A stretch of 63,713 nucleotides of DNA, filler included, from Kipferlia bialata (Eukaryota): NCBI GenBank assembly GCA_003568945.1. It is 3 parts of 3 records of this genome, joined end to end, with 100 filler letters (N's around TTAATTAATTAA, not from the genome) between each part and the next. Parts side by side here need not be neighbours in the genome. Positions count along the whole stretch, not along the records: positions 48,342 to 63,713 come from BDIP01000256.1; 2 more parts are not named here. One strand, written 5' to 3'. The position numbers and the translations under genes are program-made. Position 1 is the stretch's first letter, and each line of letters opens with the position of its first letter. This document shows, piece after piece, positions 62,350 to 63,713 of this stretch. The notes beneath the pieces are model-generated. The model made no database searches and was not told the DNA's origin. It saw nothing but the letters and a program-made list of their open reading frames with translations.

Positions 62350-63713
62350 TCACTTCTCCTGCTGCCCCCTGAGCTGCATCTGCCGCATGAAGGCCCTCCT
62401 CTTCCTCTCCTTCAGAGCGGCGCTCTCTCCCTCCGCCTGGGCGGCCTCTCTCTCTCTCTCTCCCCTCCTGTCTCTCCTCCTTCTTAAGGGGGCAGGCGAG
62501 TTCAAGGCAGGTGCCCTCATGACTCCCCCTATGCGGCGCCTGGGCTGCCTCTGCTGGCTGGCTGCCTGTGCGGCAGCTGAGGAGGCATGCACACGGGTGG
62601 GGTGCGACTGCTTGGGTGGAGACTTGACAGAGACGGAAGAGCGGGCCGGGGCGTGGTTGCTGTTCACCTTCGCTGGTCTGGACCTGTCTCCAAACACCCT
62701 GCTGTGTACATCTGACACGTGGGGCTGTCTCTCGGCCCTGGCAGGCTGACGCTGCTCCCTCACACGCCGGACATCCCGACCCCTATGTTCCCTCTCCTGT
62801 ACAGGTGCCTCGGGGTGATGTCTTGCACTCTCCCCCTCTCCCTCCATGTCCACTGCCTCTCTCTCTCTCTCCCCCTCCCTGTCTTCATACTCATCGTGCT
62901 CTGGGATGGGTTCGTAGAGGGGTGCATCCTCCCCAGGGGGCGCGGCCTCTCTCTCTCTCTCTCTCTCTTCCCTCCGTCCCATTCCCTTGGGTGCCTTGAG
63001 CCCAGGTGACTCGAGGTTGTCTTGGCTGGGGGTGAGAGACTATCTATCTATATATCAGTGCATATATAGACAACGCAGAGTAGGCCTCGCCTTAAGAATA
63101 GAGACATCTCCATGTTGTACATGCACACATCTCTAACAACATTGATACACTGACACTAACCTGGTTAGGTAGAAAGGAGCGTATAGGTCCCTCAGGTAAC
63201 CAGACAGAGCAGCACCGCCCCCTCCTTGTCTGACCAGCACCTGGCCATTGATGAGCCTGGGGTCAGTATAAATAGAGCATAGACTGATAGTATCAGTACT
63301 ATACTATAAGATATACTGATACTGAGAGTACATTGATGGCCCTGGGGTGAGACTGTATCAGTACCAGTATCCGATAATGGAAGTATACAGCACATATACT
63401 GCTGGGACTGGAGTCACACCCACCTGAGCCTACTGATACTACTGATACTGATACGGAGTCACAAACACTGTGATACGGATACTGATACGGATACCTGAGT
63501 CTGAGCCTCCTGTCCACCAGGTACACGTCCTGACTGACCCTCTGGATGTCGATGCGGACAGGGCACCTCAGGTCGACAAGCACAGCACGCTGCACGTCAG
63601 AAGGAGTCCATATATATATATATATATATATCTTGGTATGGCGACGGTGGTGGTGTGTGTGTGTGAGGGGGGGGGGGGGTATAGGTATATCAACACTAAT
63701 GCGGACGTACCAC
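62350..63713 (-). CDS. 3' part of a hypothetical charged/low-complexity protein; continues beyond the window
   Basis: Long last exon 62350-~63026 with a CTCACCCCCAG acceptor, plus short upstream exons near 63200-63257 and 63525-63590. Confidence 0.55.

Noticed and set aside
1..63713. tRNA, rRNA, transposase or reverse transcriptase genes
   Set aside because: None were recognisable by eye; a covariance or HMM scan would be needed to exclude small RNAs.

Overview
Intron-rich eukaryotic genomic DNA, about 50% GC, with (GA)n/(TA)n microsatellites and poly-C/G tracts. Introns are GT-AG with the branch point packed against the acceptor (YTRAC/YTYAC-CCCAG). This style suggests a fornicate/metamonad protist such as Kipferlia (inference). 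About 19 spliced genes or gene fragments can be read by hand: an alpha/beta hydrolase, two membrane-anchored degenerate class I phosphodiesterases, a HAD hydrolase, Derlin, an AUDH-cupin-like protein, a Crinkler/RHS-type NTPase-REase, an LRR+IQ protein, an S41-peptidase-like type I membrane protein, a TM2 protein, an MLL-type PHD protein, an ELAPOR/KIAA1324-like protein, an Ank-F-box-LRR protein and several hypotheticals. The standout signal is that many introns hold serial 'echo' copies of the neighbouring exon end together with its splice site, separated by AT-rich spacers. The copies often differ from the functional exon mainly by synonymous or conservative codon changes. In one intron (40626-41049) the copies span the exon-exon junction, which fits intron gain by tandem duplication of an AG|GT site. 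Two N-TTAATTAATTAA-N linkers are artificial contig joins, and some poly-C/G tracts look like mis-joins. Family calls come from motif recognition, not database searches, and several 5' ends are approximate.
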